This document shows, piece after piece, positions 28,433-42,764 of a DNA stretch of 64,000 nucleotides (position 1 is its first letter; each line of letters opens with the position of its first letter). Below the pieces are notes generated by a model. That model searched no databases, had not been told where the DNA came from, and worked only from the letters and a program-made list of their open reading frames with translations. The translations under genes and the position numbers were made by a program. This DNA comes from Octopus vulgaris. Taxonomy: Eukaryota. The stretch lies in assembly GCA_951406725.2 (NCBI GenBank), contig OX597832.1, positions 19,406,001 through 19,470,000 on the forward strand. Reading direction: 5' to 3'.

Positions 28433-28690
28433 ATATTGTTGCTATTATGCAGAAGTGTCGAAATTCCAAAACGTTGCTTTTTAAGAAAATGAAAAAAGAA
28501 TTCCACCATTCCATAGCAAAACCGTCCTACTACACTGACAATTTCTGATATATTGGTACCTGAAACAGCTTGAGATACGATACTTTGACCAAAAGAACCG
28601 GCTATTGCAAGCAAAAATAAATACTGAATAAAAAAAAACGCATGTGGCTAAAATTGGACATACCACAGTTTAACATTATAGCAACGATAT
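28433..28690. mobile_element. MITE with ~17-bp TIRs inserted in TA repeats
   Basis: Ends atattgttgctattatg / cattatagcaacgatat; internal homology to 56230-56623. Confidence 0.75.
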
Positions 28691-29201
28691 ACATACTTAG
28701 ACATATACAAATGTATATACATAGACACACACAGATATATATTTTTCATTCTGGCTTAATTTAGAAGATTACATTCATTTTTATGTTCACCTGTAATACC
28801 TCGTATGTTTGTCCATATTGTTTGTACTACCCAAATCTTAAACTCATAAAAACATCTATTGCTTTGTCCTTGTCCTAGATTTTTATGAAGTCTCCCGCGA
28901 TTATTACTTGAACACTCCTATGTTTCCCATTGACACGAAACCATAACGAATAAGCATAACACGACTGTTGGGGAATTTCCTTGTCTGCTTTTATTTTATT
29001 TTTTTTTTTTGGTGCATTTTCCATTTATAGGTAAAAATAGCAGAAATGAAAATGAAAGAAGAAGAAACGTACAAGTAGACAACTTTCGTGTTTACAACTG
29101 ATAAACAAACATTCAAAAGGGATTGGACAAAACGGTACCACACGCGAAAAAGAATCGCCACAGAGTAAACTAGGTTGGACAAAGAAAAGGGAGACAAGGG
29201 G

Positions 29202-29236
29202 ACTGACGTTTTGCGGGACTCGTTCATCAAAATACA
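29202..29236 (-). ncRNA. Decayed minimal hammerhead-like motif
   Basis: Minus strand TTGATGA-ACGAGTCCCG-CAAAAC-GTC-AGT, explainable as CTGATGA..GAAACGTC with two transitions. Confidence 0.35.
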
Positions 29237-29333
29237 GTAAGAAATAAGTAGGGTAGAAGAAAATAAAAAAAGAGTATAAATTCTATCTGTTGAAAGCACA
29301 TGCGTATCGTTTCACCATATTGTGTAATATATA

Positions 29334-29389
<56 letters not shown>

Positions 29390-29980
29390 TATATACATAC
29401 ATATATACATTATGTATATGTATATATATATACATATGCATGGGTATCTATCTACGAATGTACGTGTGTATAATCGTAGTTGCTTAGTCCTCCCCGGAAA
29501 TCTTTTTCTCCTCCCGGTTGCATAACGCCAACCCTTATCGATTGAATGCTCTGACTTCCGTTCTTGCAAAAAAGCAACCCTGAGTTTTCTCAGCTATGAA
29601 AGTTGAAACACTTAAGACAGAAGTTTTCAAACGGTGTGCCATAAAATCCTGAAGTTTTTTGCACACATTAGGTTAGGGTCTCATGAGGTTTCCGCAGGAG
29701 CATATATTTTTCTTCAATGAAGAACAAACAATGGTCACTCGTACATTAAGCATTGAGATAGCAAGACGTGTCAAATAAACTTTACAAACCATTTTCCCAG
29801 CCGGTCTACACGACGGTCAAGATATTACGAAGTCTTGGCCTAACGCCAGCTTTATCTAGTTATTGTGGTGTAGCTTATTTATTGCTCGGCCAAAACATTT
29901 AAATCTCACCCCGCTTCTAAAATCTGTAATGTTATCTCTCATGTAAAGATCTTTTCTTATGGAACTATTTCTACTGTCTC

Positions 29981-30042
<62 letters not shown>

Positions 30043-30984
30043 GATTTACAAACACAAACGCGTACAAAGACTCATATGAAAATGAGTGCATGATAGGTGC
30101 GTCTCATACCAGCTATTACATATCACCAAGCGACACATTAGATGGGAGTAAAGTAGATTTTAAATGCGTAAGACACATTTATTTCTTTTAAAGTGCTGCA
30201 TACAAAATCATTAACATTACTAAAATTATAACTAAGACGACCAAAAAGTAAAGGCTATAGTTATGTGGGAAATTTACGGTGTCAGTGACAATGAACCTAT
30301 AGAGAATTACCTACCATCAGCAGTTAAACATATATGTATTCCTAGTTTTGATACAGAAGGCTGGACCACTCCATAGGTGTACATGCACATATATACGTCT
30401 TTCAACTATCTTTCTATCTCTCTTTACGCATACACACAGGAACTCTCAAACACACACATTCTCGTACATTATATAAGTCAAATATTTCAGTGACCAAACT
30501 TAAACATTCTAAAGCTTGCAGCAAAAAGTAGATCTTCAGTTCGAATTACATTACATTTTCTCTCCTTATAGAAAAGTTAAAGTAACTTTACCACAGAATA
30601 CAACAGCAAATTGTGCGTACATCTCGTATTCAAAATCTCAAATTCAACAGTTTGCGTAATAGTTCAATCATTGAATATGTGCATGAATAAACTTGATACA
30701 CTTTACTCTGGCGCTTGTGTGGCTGTGTGGAAAGAATGGTTCTCTGTTCGTTTAGTTATACCGCGTAGCAGCTTAGATAAGTGCCTTCTACTATGTAGCC
30801 TAAGGCTAGCCAAAACCTCCTCAGTGGATTTGGTAGATGGAAACTCGAAGAAGGTCGCCGTATTATAATATATGTATATATTTATTATAATGTGATATAT
30901 ATATATATATATATATACATACGTAGGTATATATATATATATATGTATGTGTGTGTATGTATATATATATATATATGCATATAT

Positions 30985-31062
<78 letters not shown>

Positions 31063-31275
31063 TATATATCAATAATAATAAAGGGTAAACTTATACAAAA
31101 ATTCTATAATTATGAGCATAATTATAATTAGGGTTCGACAAAATTTGCTTCACCACGTACCGAAATTTAGAAATATCAGTTAAAATACTAATCTACTACC
31201 ATAAGATATCTCCCAAATAGCAATACTCAACAGCTCACACAGTAACGCCTTAGCTTATATATATATATATATATA

Positions 31276-31573
31276 GGCTGTGCCTTAGGGTGGGTGGTGA
31301 AGTGAGTGGTTTGGTGTGAAAGCGGGGTTAAGACGGGGTTGTGTCATTTCTCCTTCGCAGTTTAATTTATATATGGATGGTGCGGTGAGAGAGGTAAATG
31401 CTAGAACTTTTGGTAGGGGAGCCCGAATGGTGGTAGAAAATGGAGAGAAATGATAGGTGAGTCGGTTCTTCTTTGCTGGTGATACAGCAATGTTGGTGGT
31501 TTCAGAAGAGCAACTGATGAGACTAGTAGTAGAGTTTCGAAGGGTGTGTGAGAGGAGGAAGCTCAAAGTGAAT
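31276..31573 (+). pseudogene. RTE-clade LINE reverse-transcriptase fragment
   Basis: Translates EWFGVKAGLRRGCVISPSQFNLYMDGAVREVNAR..VSRFFFAGDTAML..EEQLMRLVVEFRRVCERRKLKVN. These are decayed GLRQGC.LSP and F/YADD motifs; in-frame stops present. Confidence 0.9.
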
Positions 31574-31582
31574 AATATATAT

Positions 31583-31763
31583 AAAGCTGCAAAATTTCAC
31601 ATTCCTGTTCGTCGGACATTTACAAGTCTCCGACGAACGGGAGCATGAAACTCTAAGTAACAATTCTGTTATAATTTAGCAGCGTTAATAAAATATACAC
31701 GACTCTACCTTTGGTATTCGTGTACTGTTTTTCGACTTTACTTTGCACTTGTGCTCACCTCTG
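31583..31763 (+). mobile_element. Fold-back twin-hammerhead mini-element (copy 2)
   Basis: tttcacattcctgttcgtcgga is inverted against CCGACGA-ACGGGAGCAT-GAAAC-TCTAA-GTA (31630-31659); tail homologous to 3610-3677. Confidence 0.7.
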
Positions 31764-31794
31764 TGTGTATATATGTGTGTGCGTGTGTGTATAT

Positions 31795-31870
<76 letters not shown>

Positions 31871-32058
31871 ATATATATAGCGAGAAGTTGAGGTTATAAG
31901 AGATAATGGTGTCATTGAGACCCAAATGTGTCAGGTAATGCTGAATAAGTGCTATAGACAGACCATAGTTAAGTTCCAGATTGGGTAATATTTCCTCCAC
32001 CTCACTCTGTATTTGTATCACATCGAAACTAACCATGACTTAATTATTCCTCTCACAC

Positions 32059-32112
32059 CGTATCCGATGAAGGGATATCATTAATTAATATCCTAGAAAC
32101 AGCTGTAAGACC
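32059..32112 (+). ncRNA. Minimal hammerhead-like motif (U4C core, ACAGCTGT stem III)
   Basis: CCGATGA-AGGGATAT..ATATCCTA-GAAAC-AGCT-GTA; stem I decayed. Confidence 0.55.
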
Positions 32113-32190
32113 TTCTATCTATAAATGCTATAATATCTATACAGCCTTGGTTTTTTTATTTCATTACGCAAAAAATTCTTATATATATAA

Positions 32191-32478
<288 letters not shown>

Positions 32479-33004
32479 GAAAGGGTGAGCCGCGGCACAT
32501 AAGCAGTTAAGTTCGTAGTTAGGTATGTAGGTTGCTATATATCAATCTGTAAGTAGATTGGTGTATGTAGGCAGGTTTATACACAAGGGTGTTGATGGGA
32601 ATCCAAAGTTTCGACAACATATTTTCAACAATTTCAGTCCGTTCAATATTATCATCAACACCTTTACGCCGTCTAGCTAAACTTGGCTCATGATTGCCCA
32701 TCCTCTTATTAATTTATTTATTATTTTTATAAAGAACCGGTTAGAGGAGACAGCAAACAAGAAAATGGAGGTATAAAAAAACCTGCTCTACCAGGTAAAG
32801 TATCCGGTATAATTTCGTTGTTAATCATAGTAACACTCCTCACTCCACGCCTAATTCTTACTGCATTAACTTCCTACGCGACTGCCGACGCACCCCTGCC
32901 ACACTGGTGATTCCACGAGATTACACAGAGTGTCTAACAGCAACCAGTGGTAAGTTTTCGAGGCTTTTATTTTTTTATTCTTGTTTATTTATCTATTTAT
33001 TTAC

Positions 33005-33097
<93 letters not shown>

Positions 33098-33150
33098 TAT
33101 TATTATTTGGTGTGGGGGTGAGGAATATAATAAATGAGTGTGAATGCATA

Positions 33151-33196
<46 letters not shown>

Positions 33197-33382
33197 ATAT
33201 ATATGAATAAATATATGTATACATATATATACGTATACATATACTTATACGCATATATGTATGTACACGCACATACAAGTGTGTGTGTATAAAAATGTAT
33301 ATATGTATACGTACATAAATATACATGCATCCATATATGTATATAAACATATATGCATACATATATATACATATCTACAAAC

Positions 33383-33415
<33 letters not shown>

Positions 33416-33514
33416 TATATACATATATAGAAACATATATATGCATACATACAAGCTTATATTTATACATATATACAAACATATATATATATATACATAT
33501 ATACAAGCATATAT

Positions 33515-33563
<49 letters not shown>

Positions 33564-33640
33564 TACATATATATGTATACATGTGTGTCTACATACTAAT
33601 ATATATACAGAGATATATATATATATACATATACATATAT

Positions 33641-33679
<39 letters not shown>

Positions 33680-34309
33680 CGTATGCATTACACGCATACA
33701 GTTCGGAACACGCGCGTACACATGCATTCACGCACATACAGTCCTATACAGCCGTGTTTCTCCCTTAATTTCGCGTGTGTGACTCTGAGTGTGGACATCA
33801 TTTTTGCTCCTGCTTTCCGTCATTGAAATGATGCCACGAAAGGGGAACCACAATTGAAAGCTCTTTGATGATTGCAAACGCACGCACACAAACAAATAAA
33901 CACGCGCGCGCACATACATACGCACCTATATATACAAGCGCTTACCCTTACACACAGACGCACAGACACCGAAGACGAATATCAGCACCGTTGCAGTCAA
34001 CAAAATGCTGCTCACAAATTGCTTGGCAAATCAATGTTGTACTTTAGACAGGTTTTGCTTGACACTTTATGAAAGGAAACAAACCATAGTATTCGAACTC
34101 AGAATCTCGTGGTTGCTGAATGAGAGTCCATATAACCATATATAATTTCAAGCACTGAAGATCGAACCAGGCATGCATATATCAGCGTTTGTGTTTTCAT
34201 ATATATATATATATATATATATATTTATTTATTTATATACATATGAATGTGTGTGTTTGTATGTATGTATGTGTCTGTGCATATGTATATATATGTAAGT
34301 ATATATATA

Positions 34310-34360
<51 letters not shown>

Positions 34361-34412
34361 CACACATACATAAATATATATATACATATACATGAATATA
34401 TATTTGCTCACG

Positions 34413-34466
<54 letters not shown>

Positions 34467-34894
34467 TACATACGTACATACATACATACATACATGTATG
34501 CATATATACATACATACATACATAAATGCATACACACATATATATGGCACATTTAACTATTCCGCCGTAGATTGATAAAATGACGAGCAACCTTAATCGA
34601 TTATCGAACCTTGTTGCTTTCTCCTCAGACTTGTCTTCCATACTTACATAAGAGTGAGTGATCAAAAGGATGTTGCACTCGTCGTATTTAGTAAATTGTT
34701 ATTAATTATATACTTAATAACAATCTGATTTAGCTCCTCATGATTTATAGGATTCATGGACAGATAAGACGCGTCTGTCCCAGCAGATGCAGTTTGGCAG
34801 GTTTGAAACAATTGCTAGATGAGTTCCAGCGGTTTTAGACCATTGGTCAAGACATGTGACGTTTGTTAACACTATCAAAGCTTTCTGTAGAATT

Positions 34895-35097
34895 GGGAGA
34901 GTTTACGATAAGAACAAAAGACGAAGACGGTTGGTGTACAAAACAAACAGATGTATGAGTATAACGCTCAGGAATAGAAAAAGTATTTTACGTTTCGAGC
35001 CTACGCTCTTCTACAGAAAGAGACACAGAAAAAAAAAAACAAGGAGAGAAACAATGAGAGAAAAAATGTGTGTAGTGGCGAACGATCTATCATTGCG
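34895..35097 (-). mobile_element. Hammerhead-bearing family B terminal repeat
   Basis: Minus strand CTTT-CTGTAGA-A-GAGC-GTAG-GCTC-GAAACGTA-AAA at 34986-35020. Confidence 0.8.
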
Positions 35098-35830
35098 ACT
35101 GCCAGACAGAAGGGTCACACAGGAGAGCGAAGAAGTAAGGGAGATAAAGTAAAGATGACCCCGTGCGTGTGAAAGGGAGATGGTGGTCTGGACGTGTATG
35201 TGTATATCTGTGTCGGTGTGAAAATGTGGGGATCGGAATTTTTCAATACTGGTGTGTGGGTGGTGTGTTGTGATGTGTAATGTTGTATGGTGTAGTGTGG
35301 TGTGGTGTGATGTTGTTGGGAGGTGGGGGAGGCGGGAATGGGGAAAGCACGGGTGGGGTGTGGGTTCGTCTAAATTTATTTTTAGGCCCACGTGTTCGGA
35401 CGGGATGCTGGCGCCAGGATGCTCATAATTTTGTTCCTTGTACTCAGATGCCATCCCAAAACTCCCACTCTGATACGATGGGCGTATTCTAGGCGCCTCC
35501 AAAATGTGAGTCACATGAATCAGACTCAATTTGCTGATAAAGGCACACACAAACTGACACACATACCGGCTGTAACATATATATCTGATAGGCGTGGGAT
35601 AAGGTTTATTACTATGCCCCCAAAGTGGGAACGGCTCATGCAGTGCTTACTACTCGCTGCAAGGCCGGTTTGAAGGCCAACGTATTTGCATATTGGGAAA
35701 CGTTTGCTATTACAATTCAGAAAACTATTCGTTACGAAGTTAAAACAATAATTCAAGGATAGGCTTTCTTAACAGTCTTTCATGACGTAAATCATGTCCA
35801 CATTACACGGTTCGGCACATTTTTGCATTA
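35098..35830 (-). pseudogene. Possible decayed Penelope-like ORF end upstream of the family B repeat
   Basis: Fragments CNSKRFPICKY and KEQNY..P..GLKIN loosely resemble the Cys linker and C-terminus of Penelope GIY-YIG domains; same strand as the repeat. Confidence 0.35.
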
Positions 35831-36062
35831 AATGGTCAAGGAAGAAACTGTAGACATAACTTTCAAATGTGATGAACTCAAATATCTCTTAGAAATAACC
35901 CAAAAAAACCCACCAACCACCGTAAAAGTTGGACTCGATAACCCGATAATCGACAGCTATACGCGTCATAAAATAAATTCAATACAGAGCCAATTGTGGT
36001 TGAAATCTAATATACATTTATTTATCTATATGTCTATCTATCTATCTATCTATCTATCTATA

Positions 36063-36109
<47 letters not shown>

Positions 36110-36261
36110 ATATATAGATATATATATATATATATGTATATACGTATGTATATACATACATACGTATATACATATAAGTGTGTATGTGTGTGTGTGAGAG
36201 AGAGAGAGAGGACATGTAAGTATGATATATACACATACACACACACATATACATATATAAA

Positions 36262-36607
36262 ATTTTATTCTTTTACTTGTTTCAGCCATTTGACTGTGGC
36301 CATGCTGGAGCACCGCCTTTAGTCGTAGAAATTGAACCCAGGACTTATTATTTGTAAGCCAAGTACCTACTCTATCTGTCTCCTTTGCCGACCCGCTAGG
36401 TTTCGGAGACGTAAACACACCAACATCGGTTGTCAAGACACACACACTCATAAATATTATTGACACGCTTCTTTCAGTTTCCGTCTAACAAATCGACCCA
36501 AGAAGCTTTGTTCGGTCCGAGACTATAGTAGAAGGCACTTACACAAGATTCCCTGCAGTAGAACTGGATCCCAAAGCCATGTGATTGGCAAGCAAGCATC
36601 TTACTAC
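36262..36607 (-). mobile_element. SINE family A
   Basis: Reverse complement of the family consensus. Confidence 0.85.
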
Positions 36608-36667
36608 ACACACACACACACACACACAGAGTTTAGCACACACTCACTCACATACATACGCACAATC

Positions 36668-36897
36668 AGAAAAAAAATTTGAATTCCTTGAATGACGTAA
36701 AAATATACCTAAATGAATTCTTTGCCATGAAACCACCCCAATTCTGAGAAGAGGGTATTTTCAAGTTAAAGGAAAGATGGAGACGCATTGTGCAACAAAA
36801 TGGTTCATATTTGGTTGATTAAAAATGTAATGGCAAATATTCATTGACCTTTTTCTTTCCTTTAAAAATCGGCTCGAACTTTCCGGACAACTCAATA
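36668..36897 (+). mobile_element. Mariner transposon 3' fragment (transposase C-terminus plus 3' TIR)
   Basis: NSLNDVKIYLNEFFAMKPPQF*EEGIFKLKERWRRIVQQNGSYLVD*, then a TIR-like end aaaaatcggctcgaactttccggacaactcaaTA. Confidence 0.88.
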
Positions 36898-36931
36898 GAT
36901 AGTTAGATAGAAAGATGCAAAAAGAAAATCC

Positions 36932-37845
36932 GGATTATTTAGTGATGGTGGGTAACAAACATACCTGTAAATGCACAACGGGACATCTTTAGAAAATGTC
37001 TAATTTGTACTTTTAAAAATGTAGACCCATACACAGTCCTTCACTTGCAAGTTTATTATTGTAAATTTATTAGACATCACATGAAACGTAATCACAAATA
37101 TACTCCAAACTTCCTTCATCTAAATGAAAAACCAGCATGCATTAAAATAGACTGCTGCCTCCCTCCCACAGATTTTGAGCCAAAATTGGTAATATTAATC
37201 TGCTGACCTTAAATCTCTAATAAAATATCATTGATGAGGCGGCACATTATTACAGCTACAGTGATGGTACAAGCAGATTGAAAAATATGATTATTTATGC
37301 ACATGACGAGTAAGAATTCGTTTCCAATGTTAAGGACAAGACACATAACACCAACTTTACACCTCTTTTCATTTTCTTAAACCCTTCTTATAATGGAATC
37401 TTCCAATACAATCTATCCAAAGGCAATCATAGCTTTAATTTCAACACAAAAATTATTACTGTGGAACTGATTTCTTATGTAAAATTACGAAAGCATATTC
37501 ATTTAATCAATCATGCAACAGATCTGCAACAACATATGAAACAGATGTAAACGCTACTTAAATGTACACTAGTTTGACATATGGTAGGTTTAAACAACGT
37601 TATTTCAACCACATATAATTCTTCTGAATCATGGTAAAGAAGGCACTTAACATCGTTTATTTAAAATACCATGATACTGATTTTGAGCTCAATAATGGTG
37701 TAGAGCATAGACCCATTAGAAAACATACAATTTACGCTCTGCTAAGAAGAATGTCACCGAATAGCATCAATAATTTTTGTAAATTATCTGCTTACAAGAT
37801 AAGAAATCTTTACTAAGTGTTACCATTTAGATAAGTATATGCCAA
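36932..37845 (+). pseudogene. Decayed Penelope-like RT plus GIY-YIG endonuclease
   Basis: Ordered motif remnants: GLFSDGG (~GLYRDDG, 36932), VNLLDIT (37061), NIIDEAAHYY (37224), YTSLTYGRFKQRYFNH (~YIG..FK.RY.NH, 37565) and EIFTKCYHLDKY (37803). Many stops and frameshifts. Confidence 0.75.
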
Positions 37846-37869
37846 AAATTTCATAAGGTACAACCGCAC

Positions 37870-38400
37870 CGAATTGAGCATCATAGCGTTGAATTATCAT
37901 ATAATCCATCTGTGTTGATCTCACCACATTATACTTATATTTCATGCTACCATATTATATTTTTTTCACAGTAGCACAAAATTATTTTAGCATTCGTCTA
38001 TAGATATTCTGACATTCAAGAACTTCACGATTTTTCTTCATTGTTCTGAATAAACAATGCCTTCAGAAACAATGGCTCCTTTAAATATTCTCTGTTGTTG
38101 ATTTTGTCATTTCAATAATATTGCTGTATACATTTATTGATTTGAATATTTGACAAGCCAATGAAAAAGATCTAGCACACTTAGGATGTTTTTTTTAATA
38201 GGTGACACACCTCAAACATTATAATGTCAATGTACCAAGGAGGGAAATTTGAATACTCTCAACAACTCCATACTGCACGTGTACAATTCTCTTGGAAGAT
38301 CTTACTAGATTTGTATTGTTCATAGGTTGATTGGTTCATTAACTGTGATATAAATACTATACAGTATGCTGATTTAATTTTTACATTGATTATACCAATG
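37870..38400 (-). pseudogene. Possible Helitron PIF1-helicase remnant
   Basis: Frameshifted peptides DLPRELYTCS, ILSVLDLF..GLSN and NIIE appear in the order of the LPGE..S, LLRNLD..GLCNG and NVIE motifs; very degenerate. Confidence 0.3.
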
Positions 38401-38667
38401 TATATATTCCCACTAACATACGCATGAACACATATCGAACAGTGGCAATAAGTATCAATACCATATTGATGGATGTAAAGTCAACTCGTCTTTTGTCATG
38501 AAAAACTTAAGAAAGCCTAGCTCTGAATTCCTTGTTCGTGGGGCAACCACACTACCATCGTTTTCTGGGATGTTGGTGCTCGTCTCAATCTTGGATAAAA
38601 CCACACACATACACACACACATACACACACACATATAAATATAAATACATATATATATATATATATA

Positions 38668-38840
38668 GGGAGAGTTTACGAAAAAAAACAAAAGACGAAG
38701 ACAGGTGGTGTACAAAACAAACTGATGTATTAGTATGACGCTCAGGAATTGAAAAAGTATTTTACGTTTCGAGCCTACGCTCTTCTACAGAAAGGGACAC
38801 AGAAAAAACAAGGAGAGAAAAAATGTGTGTAGTGGCTAAC
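38668..38840 (-). mobile_element. Hammerhead-bearing mini-element family B
   Basis: CTGTAGA-A-GAGCGTAGGCTC-GAAACGTA at 38760-38794; TA repeats at both ends. Confidence 0.8.
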
Positions 38841-39307
38841 ATATATACATACGTTTGTATTAAAGGAGTTTCTTTACTGAGATTTTCATAGACATAGATA
38901 TGGACAAGATACACGCTAAATTTCGTTTCATGTATTTCTGTTAACCAAAAAGTGCAAATAGTTTCGTTAATGTTATCAATCGTATCTGCCAAAGTTTTGA
39001 AATAATGCGTCATTTTCTATCATTAATAAAACTGTCGCCATTTTGACGACCATGGGTATAATAGTTATAAATAATACATCGACAGACATTAAGCATTACA
39101 CAAGGCAATTACTTGGACATTGTTATACCATGACATATATATAATACCATCATCAACAACGTCATCAGTTTCATCATCATCACAATCTACATCACCTCTA
39201 TAAACACCATCACGATCACCATCGAGTGTGTGTCAGTGCGTATGTGTGTAGGTAGCTATACATGTATGAGCTTATACAAACACACACCCTACGCGAATAT
39301 GTATCAT

Positions 39308-39392
<85 letters not shown>

Positions 39393-39394
39393 TT

Positions 39395-39670
39395 CTTTTA
39401 TTCCTTTACGTGTTTCAGTCATTTGACTGCGGTCATGCTGGAGCACCACAGTTAGTCGAATAAGTCGACATCATGACTCATTCTTTGTAAGCCTAGTCTT
39501 ATTCTATGGGTCACTTTTTGCCGAACCGCTGGTTGACGGGGAAGTAAACACACCAACATCGATTGTCAAGCGATGGTGGTGCTGGTGGTAGTGGTGGTGG
39601 GGACATACACCGACACAAACAATAAACACATATATATATGCATACATACATGCATATATACATACATACA

Positions 39671-39719
<49 letters not shown>

Positions 39720-39870
39720 CGGGCTGAACCTTTGAAATACATGCACTACTCATCATTGCCAGCAACGTGAAATAAAGTGTCTTGCTGAAGGACACAACGC
39801 GTCGCCGGGTATTTGAACTCATGACCTTACAATCGTGAGTCGAATGCCCTAACCACTAAGCTACGCGCTA
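39395..39870 (-). mobile_element. SINE family A 3' half plus family C head
   Basis: 39395-39610 is the family A tail. 39715-39870 reads tagcgcgtagcttagtggttagggcattcg..ccttcagcaagacactttatttcacgttgc on the minus strand. Confidence 0.75.
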
Positions 39871-39880
39871 TATATATATA

Positions 39881-40003
39881 GAAGAAAATTCCCCCAAATG
39901 GACAGGTGGTGAAGAAAACAAACATATATATTAGTTTAGCACTCGGGAAGTGAAAAAGTCTTTAACGTTTCGAGCCTACGCTCTTCCACAGAAAGGAACA
40001 CAG
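39881..40003 (-). mobile_element. Hammerhead-bearing family B repeat
   Basis: CTTT-CTGTGGA-A-GAGCGTAGGCTC-GAAACG-TT-AAAG at 39958-39995; 3' end in (TA)n. Confidence 0.75.
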
Positions 40004-40843
40004 ACTACCGTAAATAAATAGTGAAGGGATTTGGAATCCGAGCAAGTACTTATTAGCACTCTCGTATAAACCAGATCTCGGTAACTAGATCGAATGGTAG
40101 GAAAGGTACAGAATTGCTTAAGATAAACAAGTAGTCTATACTTCATTCTATAGGTAAATTCTGAAGTCCCGTCATTGGGTTTCAAACAGCATACAGGCTT
40201 AGTAAGTGTTCTAGTATCCGTCGGTGTAGTGTTCATGTGATTTTAGTTGATTCAGATTTAAAAGCCTTTGCAGAAACTTATTCATACAAAAAAAAAAATA
40301 ATAATAAATAAAATACATCCCTATGCAGCCTTGTTCAAGATTCTACCAATGCTGCTGGTGGAAACAAACTGAGGGTTCAAATATTAAATAGTTATTTGAG
40401 TGGGCTTCTTAACGTATATTTTAGACGAGATATCATAAAACCTCAACGTACATGACAGTAATGTTTGCGATGAAATGCGATATAACTATGATTATCTAAT
40501 ACTTTAGTCCTCAGAACGCTTAATCAACCTGTTTAGGTAAAAACCCGCAAGAAAGCTGCATAAAAATGACTGCCTTGGATAAATAGGTACTGCAACGGTT
40601 TTGAATGTGAACCTACTAAATGCACATAAACGTCACATCAAACGACACTAGAACACTTATCCAACAGTAACACGTGTCTGGTTGAAAAAAAAAAAACGAT
40701 GAAAATAATACTTTAATAAATAAATATTGATGATGTACAATTCTCTATTCTTCTTTATGTTTTTTTTTATTTACGCACATGTACACAAACATCAATACAT
40801 ACACGCACACACATTGACACATAGATACTTACACACACATATG

Positions 40844-40886
<43 letters not shown>

Positions 40887-40936
40887 AATTCTCCATTCTT
40901 CTTTATGATGTTTTGATTACACAAACAAACATTATA

Positions 40937-40992
<56 letters not shown>

Positions 40993-41019
40993 CGTATATA
41001 TATATATGTATGTATGTAC

Positions 41020-41084
<65 letters not shown>

Positions 41085-41108
41085 ATTCATATGTATGTAT
41101 ATATATTC

Positions 41109-41151
<43 letters not shown>

Positions 41152-41443
41152 GTATTTACCAGTTTACATATGACACATAATCAATGCCATAGTTAACTGT
41201 TCATAAATACGTTGTTGGAATTGTAATAATTTCTATAGGATATAGATGTACGAACTTCTATAATGATAATCAATTATTTATACGAGGCATGTCTTGTATT
41301 TAAAGTAGACTATGTATTGCTCCTACCCTCTTCTGTTGATGTATGTATGTATGTATGTATATATGTATGTATGCAGGTATGAACATCTGTGTATGTAGGT
41401 ATGAATATATGTTCTTGTGAATGCGTAAATACAAATATGTACA

Positions 41444-41504
<61 letters not shown>

Positions 41505-41588
41505 CTATCTATATAACTATTTATATACAGGGAGCTTAATATAAATATGTATAGATAAATCTGTGTAATTATATTGAAATATGTATAT

Positions 41589-41764
41589 GGGCGCAGGCGT
41601 GGCTGTGTAGTAAGAATGTGGCATCCCAACGAAATGGTTTCGGATTCAGTCCCGATTCGTGGCACCTTTGGCAAGTGTTTTCTACTATAGCCTCGGACTG
41701 ACTAAAGCCTTGTGAGGGGATTGAAGTAGGCGGAAACTGAAAGAAGCTCGTCATGTATGTGTGA

Positions 41765-41849
<85 letters not shown>

Positions 41850-41870
41850 TATATATATATATTATTTACA

Positions 41871-41901
<31 letters not shown>

Positions 41902-42140
41902 GTATATATTTTTGTGTGTGCATGTTTATGTCCGCATCTTCCCTCCCCACTCGCTACCATCGCTTGACAACCATTGTTGGTGTGCTAACGTCCCTATAAC
42001 TTAGCGATTTGGCAGAAGGGACTGATACAATAAGTAGCAGGCTTACAAAGAATAAGTCCCGGGCGTCGATTTCTTCGCCCAAAAGCCGGGGTTCCAGCAA
42101 GGCCAAAGTCAAATGACTGAAACAAGTAAAAAAAAAAAAG
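41589..42140 (+). mobile_element. SINE family A with expanded internal (TA)n
   Basis: Head ggcgcaggcgtggctgtgtagtaag through tail gtcaaatgactgaaacaagtaaaa. Confidence 0.85.
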
Positions 42141-42409
42141 AATATACGTTTGTGGAGGCACCTGGCTTAGGAATAAGTGTGTTGTAATCTGACATTAAGA
42201 CTGTCATTTCGATTGCTCAACCGGAACCTGTGTTCAGGTGCAAAACACTGCATCTAGTAATGCTCCAGTCAACCCAGCAACAGACCGGTGTCTCGTCCAG
42301 ACTAGAAGTATATGCACCGCAGAATCCGGGAATCTGATCTTCTTAGCCAATGATGTAATCGACCATGCCCACTCCCCCAGAATTTTCAAGGCATCGTGCC
42401 TAGGGTAGA

Positions 42410-42477
<68 letters not shown>

Positions 42478-42496
42478 TTATTATTATAATTATTAT

Positions 42497-42685
42497 TCTA
42501 TATTTGACTTTTGCTTTACATTTGTACAAGTTTGCTCCAAGTCTCACCCAGAGACCTGAAGAGACAACAAGCTGGAAGTTCATGTTGGTGTTATGCCTAG
42601 GGTGCCATATATTTGGTTTTCTACATAGTGTTGTACTAGTGAATGTCTAAAAAACCATGCGAAAATTACGTTAGTTTTAAAACTT
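42497..42685 (-). mobile_element. Probable 5'-truncated (TAA)n-targeting non-LTR element 3' UTR (Dong/R4-like)
   Basis: Unique 190-bp island with (ATT)n on both sides, ending ..gtctctgggtgagacttggagc..aaatatag(aat)n on the minus strand. Clade assignment is inferred from the target only. Confidence 0.4.
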
Positions 42686-42686
42686 G

Positions 42687-42764
<78 letters not shown>

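Noticed and set aside
28540-28575. CTGATAT..GAAACAGCT as another hammerhead (and ccgaaacgtc near 56585)
   Set aside because: It lies in a TIR-bounded MITE whose second copy does not preserve the core.
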